Assembly (NCBI GenBank): GCA_051532055.1
Contig: JAOPTX010000016.1
Coordinates: forward strand, 36,059-100,058
From: Fibrobacterales bacterium
Lineage (GTDB): Bacteria; Fibrobacterota; Fibrobacteria; Fibrobacterales; JAOPTW01
DNA length: 64,000 nucleotides
Reading direction: 5' to 3'
Within the stretch, counting starts at the first letter, position 1, and each line of letters opens with the position of its first letter. Positions 20,815-31,352 of this stretch are shown here, in pieces. The notes below the pieces were generated by a model. It did no database searches and had not been told where the DNA came from. It worked only from the letters and a program-made list of their open reading frames with translations. A program made the translations under genes and the position numbers.

Positions 20815-22203
20815 ATGAAAAAACCACCTATGATTGAACTCCCTCGTAAGCCTCACTATGTGAAAATGGCAGAGGATATCAATTTCTTCGAACTCTTCAA
20901 GAAAATTGAAAAAAAGTTTGAAACCTGCTTTCTCCTAGAATCACTCGGTGAGGAAAGTTTTATTTCACGCTACTCACTTATCGGGTTTGACCCAGAGCAG
21001 ATTCTCTATGCAAAGGGTAAGAGCCTCTTTATTGAAGAGCGTGATGGCACCACCAAAGAGTACCCTTCAGATAACCCCTATTATTTACTGAGGGATGTCG
21101 TACCTCAAAATATCATCTCTAAAAAATATGCCGGTGGACTCACAGGGTATATTGGTTATGATAGCATGAGTTACTTTGAGCCTACAATGGACATCCAATC
21201 AAGCGAAATGTTTGATGCTTTTAAATTTGGCCTGTATAAAGACGGGCTTATTCTCGACAAAATGACCGGTGAACTTATCTATTTCTATTACCATGATAGC
21301 CGACTTTCGGATATTGAAGCAATACTCCACGCCCCTTATGAAGGCAATGGCGACCTTTCAATAAAATATCTCGGCGATACCATGTCAGAAGAAGCTCATA
21401 AAAATGCTGTTAACAAAGTAAAACAAGATATTGTTAATGGCCTTATTTTTCAGTGCGAAGTAGGCTTTAAGTCTCGCTATGAACTCAATGGCGACACCAT
21501 CAATATTTACGAGCAACTCCGAGAAGTAAACCCTTCTCCACAGATGTACTATGTAAAATTTGGTGAAGAAAAAGTGATTGGCGCAAGTCCCGAACTCCTC
21601 TTTAGGCTCCGCCAAGGAGAAATGGAAACATTCCCATTAGCCGGCACCGCCAAGCGTGGAGCGAATGTAACAGAAGATACTCAATTTGCTCGGGCGCTCC
21701 TCAACGACCCTAAAGAGATCGCTGAACACAACATGATTGTGGACCTCCATAGAAATGACATCGGCCGCGTTGCACGATTTGGCACTGTTAAAGTTCGTTC
21801 TCTTATGGACATTAAACGGTTCTCTCATGTACAACATATTTCTAGCGAAATTGTCGGTATTATCTCTGAGAAAGAAGACATGTTCTCGGCTCTTGCGAGT
21901 AACTTCCCTGCAGGCACCTTAACTGGCGCCCCGAAAATTGAAGCTATGAAAATCATTAATGAGCTTGAAGGCGATGGCCGAGGCCCTTATGGCGGTGCCC
22001 TAGGGCACTTTGCATTTAATGGCGACTGCACCTTTGCCATACCCATTCGAACCGTTTTTGCAAATGGCAACGATGCCTACGTCCAAACCTGTGGTGGCAA
22101 CGTCTACGATTCAAATGCTGCTGATGAATATGAAGAAATCAAACGAAAGCTTGCGGGTACCAAAAAAGTGCTCGACCAATTTATTACCGAAGAGGATGCA
22201 TAA
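20815..22203 (+). CDS. trpE: Anthranilate synthase component I
   Basis: LLES, NPSPQM, GASPE, PLAGT, KEIAEHNMIVDL, FPAGTLTGAPK; context with trpR favours TrpE over PabB. Confidence 0.85.
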   Translation: MKKPPMIELPRKPHYVKMAEDINFFELFKKIEKKFETCFLLESLGEESFISRYSLIGFDPEQILYAKGKSLFIEERDGTTKEYPSDNPYYLLRDVVPQNIISKKYAGGLTGYIGYDSMSYFEPTMDIQSSEMFDAFKFGLYKDGLILDKMTGELIYFYYHDSRLSDIEAILHAPYEGNGDLSIKYLGDTMSEEAHKNAVNKVKQDIVNGLIFQCEVGFKSRYELNGDTINIYEQLREVNPSPQMYYVKFGEEKVIGASPELLFRLRQGEMETFPLAGTAKRGANVTEDTQFARALLNDPKEIAEHNMIVDLHRNDIGRVARFGTVKVRSLMDIKRFSHVQHISSEIVGIISEKEDMFSALASNFPAGTLTGAPKIEAMKIINELEGDGRGPYGGALGHFAFNGDCTFAIPIRTVFANGNDAYVQTCGGNVYDSNAADEYEEIKRKLAGTKKVLDQFITEEDA

Positions 22204-22869
22204 ATGCGCGTACTAATTATCGATAACTACGACTCCTTTACTTACAATCTCTATCAGTTTATTGGCGAAATTTTTAAAACTGAACAGAGCAATGGAACCA
22301 TTGATAGCTTTGATATCACCGTTAAACGGAATGATGAAATAACCATCCATGGTATTAAAGAATATGCCCCTGATAGAATCATCGTATCGCCTGGACCTGG
22401 TACTCCTGAAGACGAAGCCTACTTTGGCGTGTGTGCAAAAGCGATTACTGAACTCGGAAAAGATATTCCACTTCTTGGTGTGTGCCTCGGCATGCAAGGC
22501 ATTGTGCACCTTTTTGGCGGCCGTATTACCCTTGCAGAGCTTCCTATGCATGGAAAAACAAGTCCAATTACTCACACCGGCACAGGAGTGTTTGCAGACA
22601 TCCCCAATCAACTTGAGGTGATGCGTTATCACTCACTGATTGCTGAAGCAAAAAGCTTTCCTGACTGTTTAGAGCTCACCGCTACAGTCGGTTCACTTGC
22701 CCTTGATCAGTTTGGTGATATTGATGCAATACGAACAAGTAGCGACTTTGAAGTAATGGGTGTGAAGCATAAAGAGTACCCCATTTATGGGATTCAGTTT
22801 CACCCTGAGTCATTTGCGACTGAAGGCGGGAAAGAGATTATCAGGAATTTTCTATTTGGTGCTCAATAA
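22204..22869 (+). CDS. trpG: Anthranilate synthase component II (glutamine amidotransferase)
   Basis: IDNYDSFTYNL, SPGPG, GVCLGMQ, MRYHSL, QFHPES. Confidence 0.88.
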   Translation: MRVLIIDNYDSFTYNLYQFIGEIFKTEQSNGTIDSFDITVKRNDEITIHGIKEYAPDRIIVSPGPGTPEDEAYFGVCAKAITELGKDIPLLGVCLGMQGIVHLFGGRITLAELPMHGKTSPITHTGTGVFADIPNQLEVMRYHSLIAEAKSFPDCLELTATVGSLALDQFGDIDAIRTSSDFEVMGVKHKEYPIYGIQFHPESFATEGGKEIIRNFLFGAQ

Positions 22870-22881
22870 TTCTGAATGTTT

Positions 22882-22912
22882 TAAGGGTGAGAATTGTTTC
22901 TCACCCTTATTT
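22882..22912. terminator. Intrinsic terminator hairpin after trpG (between convergent genes)
   Basis: TAAGGGTGAGAA-ttgt-TTCTCACCCTTA 12-bp stem. Confidence 0.7.
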
Positions 22913-22956
22913 AAATCGTCTGGTATTTATAAAGCACCATTTTTGAACTCTTTCTA

Positions 22957-24528
22957 CTACTCAGTAGGCCAAAGAGCAATCTCATCTTTGATAGTACGCG
23001 TCAAAATATCATTTAACGTTTCTACTGTAACGTCACTCACATCGGCCTCAAGGTGACTCCCTCCAACGCCCGAATGATCTGTGAGAAATATATATTTACC
23101 CATTGTCGCCACTGAAATGGATCTGAATAAATATTCAGTTGACCGTGAGATACCACTCGCTGCAACCGTTATGATTTTAACCCCTTTTTGAGAAGCTTCT
23201 CTGATAGCATCACTATAGGTGTATTGTTCATCTTCATAATAATGTGGCGGTGCATCAGCGATAAGAAAATTAAGCCGTACTGCACCTGACTCGCTCCATG
23301 AAAATTTTTGGAATGATTCTTTGAGCGCTTGATTGACTGACTCGGGCGTGTCACCACCCCCACCAGCACTCATAGTTTCAAGATTGGTCTGCACCGTCTG
23401 AAGGTCACTACTAAAGTCCCATCCTTTGGTTATAAAATTGTCTGTACGATCTTTATAAAACATCAAACCAATTCTCAGACCCGCAATTTGTTCCTCTTCA
23501 ATTTTTGCCGTAATATCAAGGAGCTCCTGTTTGAGATACTCAAGTTCATCACCCATGCTGCCTGTCACATCAACAGTAAAGACAATATCAATCGCAGGTA
23601 CACTTACTACTTGTTCTATAGGAAGTGTTACTGTCCAAGTTTGGTCGTCATCACTCGTCGCTTCAAAAGCGCTAGTGAAGTGTGCATCGTCGACAAAAAT
23701 AGTAAGTTCAAATTCTTCACTCTGTTGCTCAGAAATAATAGGGAACAGTGCAACAGTCCCTCCAGCAGTAGTTCGCCCTTGTGACACAACCATATCATTC
23801 CAAGAGACATTTACCTGAGCATCGGGGATAGGAGTGCCCAATGAATCAGTTACCGTGATGATAATACGTTTTTCAATTTTTAAATTCCACTCTTGATAAT
23901 GTTCAGGGTATTTATAGATGAATTCACGAAACTCAGGCCAGTGCGCGTGATCGTACCATTCTGATGCAGTAAGGACTTGTGCCTGAGCCTGTACCTCTTC
24001 AATATACACATCATCGGTTATCAAAGGCAAGTCAGTAAACACGGCATCAGAACTTTTTGAAATCTCAGTTATACTTTCAACAGTCCCCCCTGAACCTCCT
24101 CCCATCTCAGTTTCTGAGGGAGCCATGCTAATGTCACTATCCATTTCATCACTCATCCCTGACTCTTCTCTAAAATCATGGTCCCTAATCGGCGACCGAG
24201 TGATGAGTGCGCCGCTAGTTGACTCTGTGGTATCTGTTACTGTTTCAGGGTTTTCTAAAGTAATTTCACCGAAAGCTTCTGCAGTAATTTCAGGGAGTGA
24301 ACTCGGCAATGTGGTCGATTGTTTTGTTTGCGTAATAACCACTGTTAGAGGCGTTATTGGCGTAGCTTCAGATGAAAGATTTGATTCAGAGGAATCTCCC
24401 TGATCGGAGGAGCTCTCCACTGAATTATCAGAAACAGGATTGGCATTATTGTTCTCTGAAAAAATACAGCTATTCATAGTACCTGTTATCATCACCATTA
24501 GTGCAAGATTTCGAAGGAATATACTCAT
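22957..24528 (-). CDS. VWA-domain lipoprotein
   Basis: Lipobox-like MNSC; MIDAS DVTGSM; GGGDTPE; DAPPH. Confidence 0.85.
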   Translation of the reverse strand: MSIFLRNLALMVMITGTMNSCIFSENNNANPVSDNSVESSSDQGDSSESNLSSEATPITPLTVVITQTKQSTTLPSSLPEITAEAFGEITLENPETVTDTTESTSGALITRSPIRDHDFREESGMSDEMDSDISMAPSETEMGGGSGGTVESITEISKSSDAVFTDLPLITDDVYIEEVQAQAQVLTASEWYDHAHWPEFREFIYKYPEHYQEWNLKIEKRIIITVTDSLGTPIPDAQVNVSWNDMVVSQGRTTAGGTVALFPIISEQQSEEFELTIFVDDAHFTSAFEATSDDDQTWTVTLPIEQVVSVPAIDIVFTVDVTGSMGDELEYLKQELLDITAKIEEEQIAGLRIGLMFYKDRTDNFITKGWDFSSDLQTVQTNLETMSAGGGGDTPESVNQALKESFQKFSWSESGAVRLNFLIADAPPHYYEDEQYTYSDAIREASQKGVKIITVAASGISRSTEYLFRSISVATMGKYIFLTDHSGVGGSHLEADVSDVTVETLNDILTRTIKDEIALWPTE

Positions 24529-24767
24529 GATCAGTACCTACTTAAGTGTTCTATAATTTAAAAATAGATTAATAGCATGTGCCCTCATGGCAATGTACCC
24601 CTCGAAAGATTAAAGTGCTCCCTTTTTGTGAGCGGTACACAGTCATTTTTAGGTAATTTAAGCAACACATTTACATTAACCAGCTTTTACCCCTCTTAAA
24701 CAACCTTATCCAACAGTCAAACCTAGCAAATTAACTAACTTTCGAATACATTCAACCCTATTGAGAT

Positions 24768-25397
24768 ATGCCCAAAACGATACTTTTTGATTTTGATGGA
24801 ACCATTGCCGACTCACTGCGGGCAACCATTGTCGTGTATAATAGGATCGCTCCACATTACAACGCACGCCCAATTCAAGAGAAGCATATTGAGACCTTTA
24901 AAAGTGATCGAATACAACGGTTTTTCAAATACCTCAATTTGAAATATTATAAGCTTCCCTTTATGGTCATTAAAGGTCGCTCTGAATTCAGGAAAGATAT
25001 GGGCCTCGTTACAGAGCAACCCGGCGTTTGTGATGTCATTAGACAGCTCAAGATTGAGGGCCATACTCTTGGTATCCTAACCTCTAATTCAAAAGAAAAT
25101 GTCAGCGATATGTTGAATAAATACGGAATTGCTGATTGCTTTTCATTTTTAAAAAATAGCAAGCACATGTTTGGCAAATCCAAATACATTAAACAAGTTA
25201 TTAAATCAGAGAAGACCACCGCAGACCAAGTCTACTTTGTTGCAGATGAAACACGAGATATTGAAGCCGCTCATAAAGCGAAAATCAACATGGTGGCAGT
25301 CACCTGGGGTTTTCAAAACAGAAGAGCCTTTAAAAAGCTCTCACCAGAGTACATAGTTGACACTCCTGATGAGCTCTACAGCGTACTCAAGAGTTAG
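24768..25397 (+). CDS. HAD-IA family phosphatase (Gph-like)
   Basis: FDFDGTIADS, LTSN, DETRDIEAA, VTWGF. Confidence 0.88.
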   Translation: MPKTILFDFDGTIADSLRATIVVYNRIAPHYNARPIQEKHIETFKSDRIQRFFKYLNLKYYKLPFMVIKGRSEFRKDMGLVTEQPGVCDVIRQLKIEGHTLGILTSNSKENVSDMLNKYGIADCFSFLKNSKHMFGKSKYIKQVIKSEKTTADQVYFVADETRDIEAAHKAKINMVAVTWGFQNRRAFKKLSPEYIVDTPDELYSVLKS

Positions 25398-25466
25398 ATT
25401 GCGTTATAGACACAATTTTTCTATCTTTACTCACAATACAAGACAGCGAACAACCCGGATTATACC

Positions 25467-26414
25467 ATGAAAGCAAAAATATTCGTCGACGGACAAGCAG
25501 GAACAACAGGCTTAGAAATTCATGAGCGCCTTGCCCTGCGTACAGACATCGAACTCCTCATCATTGATCCAGAACTCAGAAAAGATATTAACGAGCGAAA
25601 AAGGCTTATTAATGCATCTGACATAACTTTTCTCTGCCTTCCCGATGACGCATCTCGTGAATCTGTTTCACTTTGTGAAAATGATACAACCCGGTTTATT
25701 GATGCAAGTACTGCATTCAGAACCGCTGATGACTGGGCCTATGGCATTCCAGAGCTTTCACCAGCCCAACGCACTACCATTGCAGATTCAAAACGAGTTT
25801 CAAACCCAGGTTGTCATGCGACAGGTTTTATTGTGGGAATTAAGCCTTTGATTGAGCAAGGAATAATATCACCAAAACACCACTTATCGTGTTATTCAAT
25901 AACGGGCTATAGCGGTGGTGGCAAACAACTTATTGCAGCCTATGAAGCAGCACCTGCAGACGACGAATCAATGAATTGTCCTCGTCATTATGCACTCGGC
26001 CTTAATCATAAACATCTTCCTGAGATGAAAACGGTGTGTGGCCTTGAACACCCACCTATTTTTATGCCAGTACTGGGTCGCTACTACCGTGGTATGACGG
26101 TTACTATGGTCATTCCAACAAGTAAACTTGAAAAAAAGTTCTCAGCACAAGAAGTACACTCGGTATTAGAGGCTCATTATGCTAATGAATACTTTGTACG
26201 AGTGCAACCTTTTGGATCAGACACCGGCCTCGATAACGGTATACTTAACGCGACTGCATGTAACAATACCAACAATCTTGATCTCTTTGTCTTTGGTGAT
26301 GAAAACCAAGTAGTGATTGCGAGTCGTTTTGATAATTTAGGTAAAGGCGCCTCAGGTGCAGCCGTTCAAAACATGAACATTATGCTTGGTTTTGATGAAA
26401 AAATAGGCCTTTAA
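25467..26414 (+). CDS. argC: N-acetyl-gamma-glutamyl-phosphate reductase (type 2)
   Basis: FVDGQAGTTG, DASTAFR, NPGCHATG, GYSGGG, DNLGKGASGAAVQN. Confidence 0.95.
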   Translation: MKAKIFVDGQAGTTGLEIHERLALRTDIELLIIDPELRKDINERKRLINASDITFLCLPDDASRESVSLCENDTTRFIDASTAFRTADDWAYGIPELSPAQRTTIADSKRVSNPGCHATGFIVGIKPLIEQGIISPKHHLSCYSITGYSGGGKQLIAAYEAAPADDESMNCPRHYALGLNHKHLPEMKTVCGLEHPPIFMPVLGRYYRGMTVTMVIPTSKLEKKFSAQEVHSVLEAHYANEYFVRVQPFGSDTGLDNGILNATACNNTNNLDLFVFGDENQVVIASRFDNLGKGASGAAVQNMNIMLGFDEKIGL

Positions 26415-26488
26415 AGGTCTTTTTTAGACCTTTTTGCATTTTAGTTTAAAAAAGTGGTATTATCGAGTATGTTCTACTCGAGGTTGCT

Positions 26489-26722
26489 ATGCCCAATCCT
26501 GATACTCGTATTGAGGAAAATGTACTCGGTCCTTTTTATGTCGATGGCAGCTGTACTTCTTGTGAAGACTGCATCAACACTGCACCCGAAAACTTTAAGC
26601 TCAATGAAAAAGGGACCAATGCATTTGTTCACAAACAACCCGAAGATGAAGATGAAATTAATCTTTGTCGTGAAGCCATGGAAAACTGCCCTACTGACTC
26701 AATTGGTGATGATGGTGATTAA
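26489..26722 (+). CDS. Single-cluster ferredoxin
   Basis: FYVD..CTSCEDC...APENF...CPTDSIG; GAGG RBS. Confidence 0.88.
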   Translation: MPNPDTRIEENVLGPFYVDGSCTSCEDCINTAPENFKLNEKGTNAFVHKQPEDEDEINLCREAMENCPTDSIGDDGD

Positions 26723-26827
26723 CCCAATGCGAGTCTAACACCATACAACCTTGCAGTATATTCTCTCTACCAAAGCGCTCCTTTCCATAATTTTTTATAC
26801 TATAGATACTTAGTGTGAGGGAGATAC

Positions 26828-27661
26828 ATGTCTCAAAAACGATCGATTAAAGCAACCTTTAAAGGGGTCGACACCATGGATGGTGCTGGTGTAAAACTCA
26901 AGAGAATATTTGGATTCTATGAACGCCCTCAATTTGACCCTTTTTTATTATTTGATCATTTTGGTTCAGACAATCCCAATGATTATATAGAAGGATTCCC
27001 TTGGCATCCTCATCGTGGCATAGAAACCATAACCTACATGCTGAGTGGTGAAGTACTTCACGAAGATAGTCTCGGCAATAAAGGAACACTCCGTGCGGGA
27101 GATATACAATGGATGACTGCAGGAAGTGGCATTGTACACCAAGAAATGCCACAGCGCGTAGATAATGCACTGGAAGGCTTTCAACTCTGGGCAAATATGC
27201 CGGCCAAAAACAAGATGTCACCTCCCCGCTACCAAGATATACCAGCCCACTTTGTTCCCGAAGTTTCTATTGATGGCGGAATGGTACGCGTTCTAGCGGG
27301 TGAGTATCAAGACGAAATGGGACCGATAACCGGCGTTTCAATTCTGCCCTTGTATCTTGACCTTCAGCTTGAACCCAACACCCAATTTACATTATCTAAC
27401 ACACTCGACACCAACTGTATTTATATCTATCGAGGCTCTATCGAATCCGGAATTCATTCTCTTGAAAAATTCAATGCTGCACTCTTTACCAGAGGAGATT
27501 CCTTCACTTTAACGAGTGGCTCAGAAGGAGCAAAGCTTTTGATTATCGGTGGAAATCAAATTAATGAAAAAATTGCCTGGCGTGGCCCCATTGTAATGAA
27601 CAGTGACGATGAACTTATCACTGCATTTAATGAATTGAATAATGATACATTTTTAAAATAG
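26828..27661 (+). CDS. Pirin family protein
   Basis: DPFLLFDH, FPWHPHRGIETITY, QWMTAGSGIVHQE. Confidence 0.93.
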   Translation: MSQKRSIKATFKGVDTMDGAGVKLKRIFGFYERPQFDPFLLFDHFGSDNPNDYIEGFPWHPHRGIETITYMLSGEVLHEDSLGNKGTLRAGDIQWMTAGSGIVHQEMPQRVDNALEGFQLWANMPAKNKMSPPRYQDIPAHFVPEVSIDGGMVRVLAGEYQDEMGPITGVSILPLYLDLQLEPNTQFTLSNTLDTNCIYIYRGSIESGIHSLEKFNAALFTRGDSFTLTSGSEGAKLLIIGGNQINEKIAWRGPIVMNSDDELITAFNELNNDTFLK

Positions 27662-27667
27662 ACTTCT

Positions 27668-28390
27668 TTACTCGACTACCGGAGCAACTGCATTTCTATT
27701 AGTAGCGTTAAATACCTGTCTCCAGAAATTTGCCAACTCATCTTCCTTAAAATAGTTGGGCTGTAGCCCATCATTGAAGGAGAGCGAGAGAACGATATTA
27801 TGTGACGCCTCCTGAAGTTCAGTATAGACATTCAGAAATTGTGCCTTAAACTGAACAGTGCAGGTTGCACTATTAATATCACCTTTGCTATTTTGAACGA
27901 TCACATGATAATCAATGGGAGGTGCATCAACAAAACCATCACCATTGAAACCCAATCTATCCAATGCACCATGGGTTGGTTCACCGCCAATTTCTTTTGG
28001 AAGATAGTGCACACCACCATCTCTGTGAGTCGCCACGATACTTTTTGTAAGTTGTGCCAAAAACATTATGGGCGCTTTATATTCCAAGGCTTTAGAAAAA
28101 TCGAGCCCTTGCTCGGTAAGTGCAGCTTGAAAATATTCCTGCTGAAAAGTCTTTACATCAAACTGATTTTGTTCAAAATCAAAGGGAAGAAAGGTCTTCA
28201 AATTTATGGTTAATCCTAAGAGATCTCCCACACATTTTGTCGATTTTTCAGCTTTGTGTAAAGCAGTCTTTAAGACTAGAGCCTGACCGTACTGCACAAT
28301 CTTCTGTTGATTTACAGGGTTTGTTTCCCACTGAGCAAGCTTTTGAAAGAGTTGCTGCTTCTCTTCGTTTGTAAGTTCTCTTTTCTGCAT
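27668..28390 (-). CDS. Hypothetical protein, 240 aa
   Basis: Long ORF, TATAAT 6 nt before ATG; no family recognised. Confidence 0.7.
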   Translation of the reverse strand: MQKRELTNEEKQQLFQKLAQWETNPVNQQKIVQYGQALVLKTALHKAEKSTKCVGDLLGLTINLKTFLPFDFEQNQFDVKTFQQEYFQAALTEQGLDFSKALEYKAPIMFLAQLTKSIVATHRDGGVHYLPKEIGGEPTHGALDRLGFNGDGFVDAPPIDYHVIVQNSKGDINSATCTVQFKAQFLNVYTELQEASHNIVLSLSFNDGLQPNYFKEDELANFWRQVFNATNRNAVAPVVE

Positions 28391-28583
28391 GTTGTAATTA
28401 TATAAAATTTGTTACCGTAATGTATACAATAACTATTTGTAAAGAAAGTTAAACATTCTATTTACATAGGTTTTTCTCGCAATACAAAAAAAGATTGTAC
28501 TATCTTTCCTTTGCAAGAAAGGGCATTTTAATGGTTTGTAACACATCAAGTTCATAAGGCGCGAACTGATAAAAGGATAACAC

Positions 28584-29393
28584 ATGACGTTAGAAACAGG
28601 CTTATCAATTTTATTATGGGCTATTACTCTCTCTTCAATTCCAAACATACTCAATTCTCGTTCAACAATCACCACCACCATCAATGCAACAGTTGCTGCA
28701 CTCCTTTTTGTAGGGGCTGTCATCATGACGACAAGCATTCCTGGAAAGGTTAATTCAACAACGCTGAGCCTCCAAAGTGAAGCGCAACAGACCCCAACGG
28801 CTTCTACACATCCAACAGACAAGAATCAACCTAATTTTAACGAACTCACAGAAGAAGATATCGCCGATCTAGAACGAGAAGCTATTATAGAAATGGCTGA
28901 ACCTAAAAAAGAGTCTCCTCCCCCTGTTGTCATTGCGCAAGCCAAAAAAGAAAAAGAGCTTAAAAAAGCTGCAAAAAAAAGGAATAAGAAAAAAACATCT
29001 AAGGCCACCATCTATTCTTTTCTTAAATCATCAAAAAAACTAGTTAAAGCAGGCCGTAAATATGTCACTGCTCTTAACAAACTCAAACTCTCAAACATAG
29101 AGGGAATGAGTGATTCTGAGTATGATAAACTAATAGCCAAAACAACTAAACTCTCTACACAGATCAAACAATATTATCGCGACGTCAACCGCCTAAAAGC
29201 CCCGAATCCTCACGGGAAATCTTTTAAGAAAACCCTCATTAGAGCAGCAACAGACCTCAAAAAATCAGCAAAGAAAATGCACTCATATGTACATGATGAT
29301 AACATTGAAGACTACGACAAACTCTACAAATCCCATGTAAAATATGCCAAACGAGCTGCATCAAGAATATCGGATCTCAATAACCGCCTCTAG
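28584..29393 (+). CDS. Hypothetical membrane-anchored Lys-rich helical protein
   Basis: Two N-terminal hydrophobic segments, AGGA RBS, downstream hairpin. Confidence 0.7.
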   Translation: MTLETGLSILLWAITLSSIPNILNSRSTITTTINATVAALLFVGAVIMTTSIPGKVNSTTLSLQSEAQQTPTASTHPTDKNQPNFNELTEEDIADLEREAIIEMAEPKKESPPPVVIAQAKKEKELKKAAKKRNKKKTSKATIYSFLKSSKKLVKAGRKYVTALNKLKLSNIEGMSDSEYDKLIAKTTKLSTQIKQYYRDVNRLKAPNPHGKSFKKTLIRAATDLKKSAKKMHSYVHDDNIEDYDKLYKSHVKYAKRAASRISDLNNRL

Positions 29394-29525
29394 GTAGAGC
29401 CCTTTCACTGTTATTCAATCACTATAAAAGGCCCCTTATTAGAATAGGGCTTTTTATGCACTTTGCAACCCCCGTCAACAATTGAAATTGCTACATTAGC
29501 TCAAAACCTATAACCAGAGACCGAT

Positions 29526-31205
29526 ATGGCTTCAGATAAGTTTATTTATTACATGCATCGCATGACAAAAATCTTTCCTCCCTCAAAAGAGATCCTCAAA
29601 GATATCTCACTCTCATTTTTTTATGGCGCCAAAATTGGTATTGTCGGTACAAATGGTTCTGGTAAATCAACACTTCTCAAAATCATGGCTGGTCTCGATA
29701 CTGATTTCCAAGGTGAAGCATGGGTAGAGCAGGGACGTACGGTTGGCTACCTTCCACAAGAGCCACAACTTGATCCAGACAAAACAGTCAAAGAGAATGT
29801 AGAGCTTGCCGTTAAAGCAATCAAAGACCTTCTGGATGAGTTCAATGAAGTCTCAATGAAATTTGGTGAAGACATGACCGATGACGAGATGGATAAACTC
29901 TGCGCTCGCCAAGCCGAGCTCCAAGATCAAATCGATGCCTCTGATGCCTGGGAAATAGATCGCAAGCTTGAGATCGCTATGGATGCACTGCGCTGCCCTC
30001 CTGGAGATTCGCCCGTTACTAACCTTTCTGGTGGTGAAAAACGTCGCGTCGCACTCTGTAAATTACTTCTTGAAGCACCTGACCTCCTTCTATTGGACGA
30101 ACCAACCAATCACTTGGATGCAGAATCTGTTGCATGGCTCGAAAATCATCTTCGCGCCTTTAAAGGGTCAGTTATTCTTGTAACACATGACCGGTACTTT
30201 CTTGACAATGTTACCGGTTGGGTTCTGGAGCTTCAAAACGGTCGTGGTATACCATGGGAAGGAAATTACACTGATTGGCTCGATCAAAAAACAAAATCAC
30301 TCGCTGCATCAGAGAAACAAGAGAGCTCACGTCAGAGACGCCTTAAAGATGAGCTTGAATGGGTACGTACCAATCCTAAAGGCCGGCATACCAAAAACAA
30401 AGCACGGCTCGGTGCTTATGAGCAGTTACTCGCACAAGATTCTCAGAAGAAGAGCAATGAAACAATACTCTACATTCCTCAAGGTAAACGCCTTGGTGAT
30501 AAAGTTATAAATGTTTCAGGCCTTACCAAAGCCTATGGCGAAAAGCTTCTCTTTGAAAATCTTGAATTTTCACTACCGCGCTCAGGTATTGTTGGAATTA
30601 TTGGACCCAATGGTGCTGGTAAAACAACACTCCTTAAAATGCTCCTCGGTATGGAAGAGGCAGATTCAGGTGAGATTGATGTTGGAGAGACTGTTGATAT
30701 CATCTCTGCTGATCAAGACCGGGCAGGCCTCAATGATGAAGCAACGGTTTGGGAAGAAATCACAGAAAAAGCCCAAGAAGTTGAACTCGGAGATAGAAAA
30801 ATGAACAGTAGGGCCTATTGTGGTCTGTTCAATTTCACCGGTACCGATCAGCAAAAACCAGTAGGAAAACTCTCTGGTGGTGAACGAAACCGCGTACTCA
30901 TGGCAAAGCTCATTAAACGCGGTGGTAATGTCCTCGTGCTCGATGAACCCACCAATGATCTCGACGTAGAGACCCTTCAATCACTCGAACAAGCTATTCT
31001 TAACTTTGCTGGCTGTGTACTTGTTACTTCGCATGATAGATGGTTTCTCAACAGAATTGCTACTCACATTCTTGCCTTTGAAAGTAACTCAGAAGTAAAA
31101 TGGTTCTCAGGCACCTATGACGAATACGATGAAGATCGTAAAAAACGTCTTGGATCTGACGCAGAGATTCCGCATCGTATTAAATACCGTACACTTACTC
31201 GATAA
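29526..31205 (+). CDS. ettA: Energy-dependent translational throttle ABC-F ATPase
   Basis: ILKDISLSFFYGAKIG, two ABC cassettes, ELEWVR linker, PHRIKYR C-terminus. Confidence 0.95.
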   Translation: MASDKFIYYMHRMTKIFPPSKEILKDISLSFFYGAKIGIVGTNGSGKSTLLKIMAGLDTDFQGEAWVEQGRTVGYLPQEPQLDPDKTVKENVELAVKAIKDLLDEFNEVSMKFGEDMTDDEMDKLCARQAELQDQIDASDAWEIDRKLEIAMDALRCPPGDSPVTNLSGGEKRRVALCKLLLEAPDLLLLDEPTNHLDAESVAWLENHLRAFKGSVILVTHDRYFLDNVTGWVLELQNGRGIPWEGNYTDWLDQKTKSLAASEKQESSRQRRLKDELEWVRTNPKGRHTKNKARLGAYEQLLAQDSQKKSNETILYIPQGKRLGDKVINVSGLTKAYGEKLLFENLEFSLPRSGIVGIIGPNGAGKTTLLKMLLGMEEADSGEIDVGETVDIISADQDRAGLNDEATVWEEITEKAQEVELGDRKMNSRAYCGLFNFTGTDQQKPVGKLSGGERNRVLMAKLIKRGGNVLVLDEPTNDLDVETLQSLEQAILNFAGCVLVTSHDRWFLNRIATHILAFESNSEVKWFSGTYDEYDEDRKKRLGSDAEIPHRIKYRTLTR

Positions 31206-31226
31206 TAGAGTACCACCCTCACATTC

Positions 31227-31259
31227 AAGGCCATCTCATGTATGAGGTGGCCTTTTTTT
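31227..31259 (+). terminator. Intrinsic terminator after ettA
   Basis: AAGGCCATCTCAT..ATGAGGTGGCCTT hairpin followed by T run. Confidence 0.8.
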
Positions 31260-31308
31260 GATTAAATCAGTCAACTATTACACCTTTGTACATTAGACAA
31301 TCATTATA

Positions 31309-31352
31309 TTGACATGTAGTTATATTATTAGTATATTAGGATTTAATAATAT
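31309..31352 (+). promoter_or_regulatory. TTGACA-N17-TATATT promoter flanked by inverted repeat ATATTATTA-N13-TAATAATAT
   Basis: -35 at 31309-31314, -10 at 31332-31337; IR arms 31322-31330 and 31344-31352. Confidence 0.65.
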
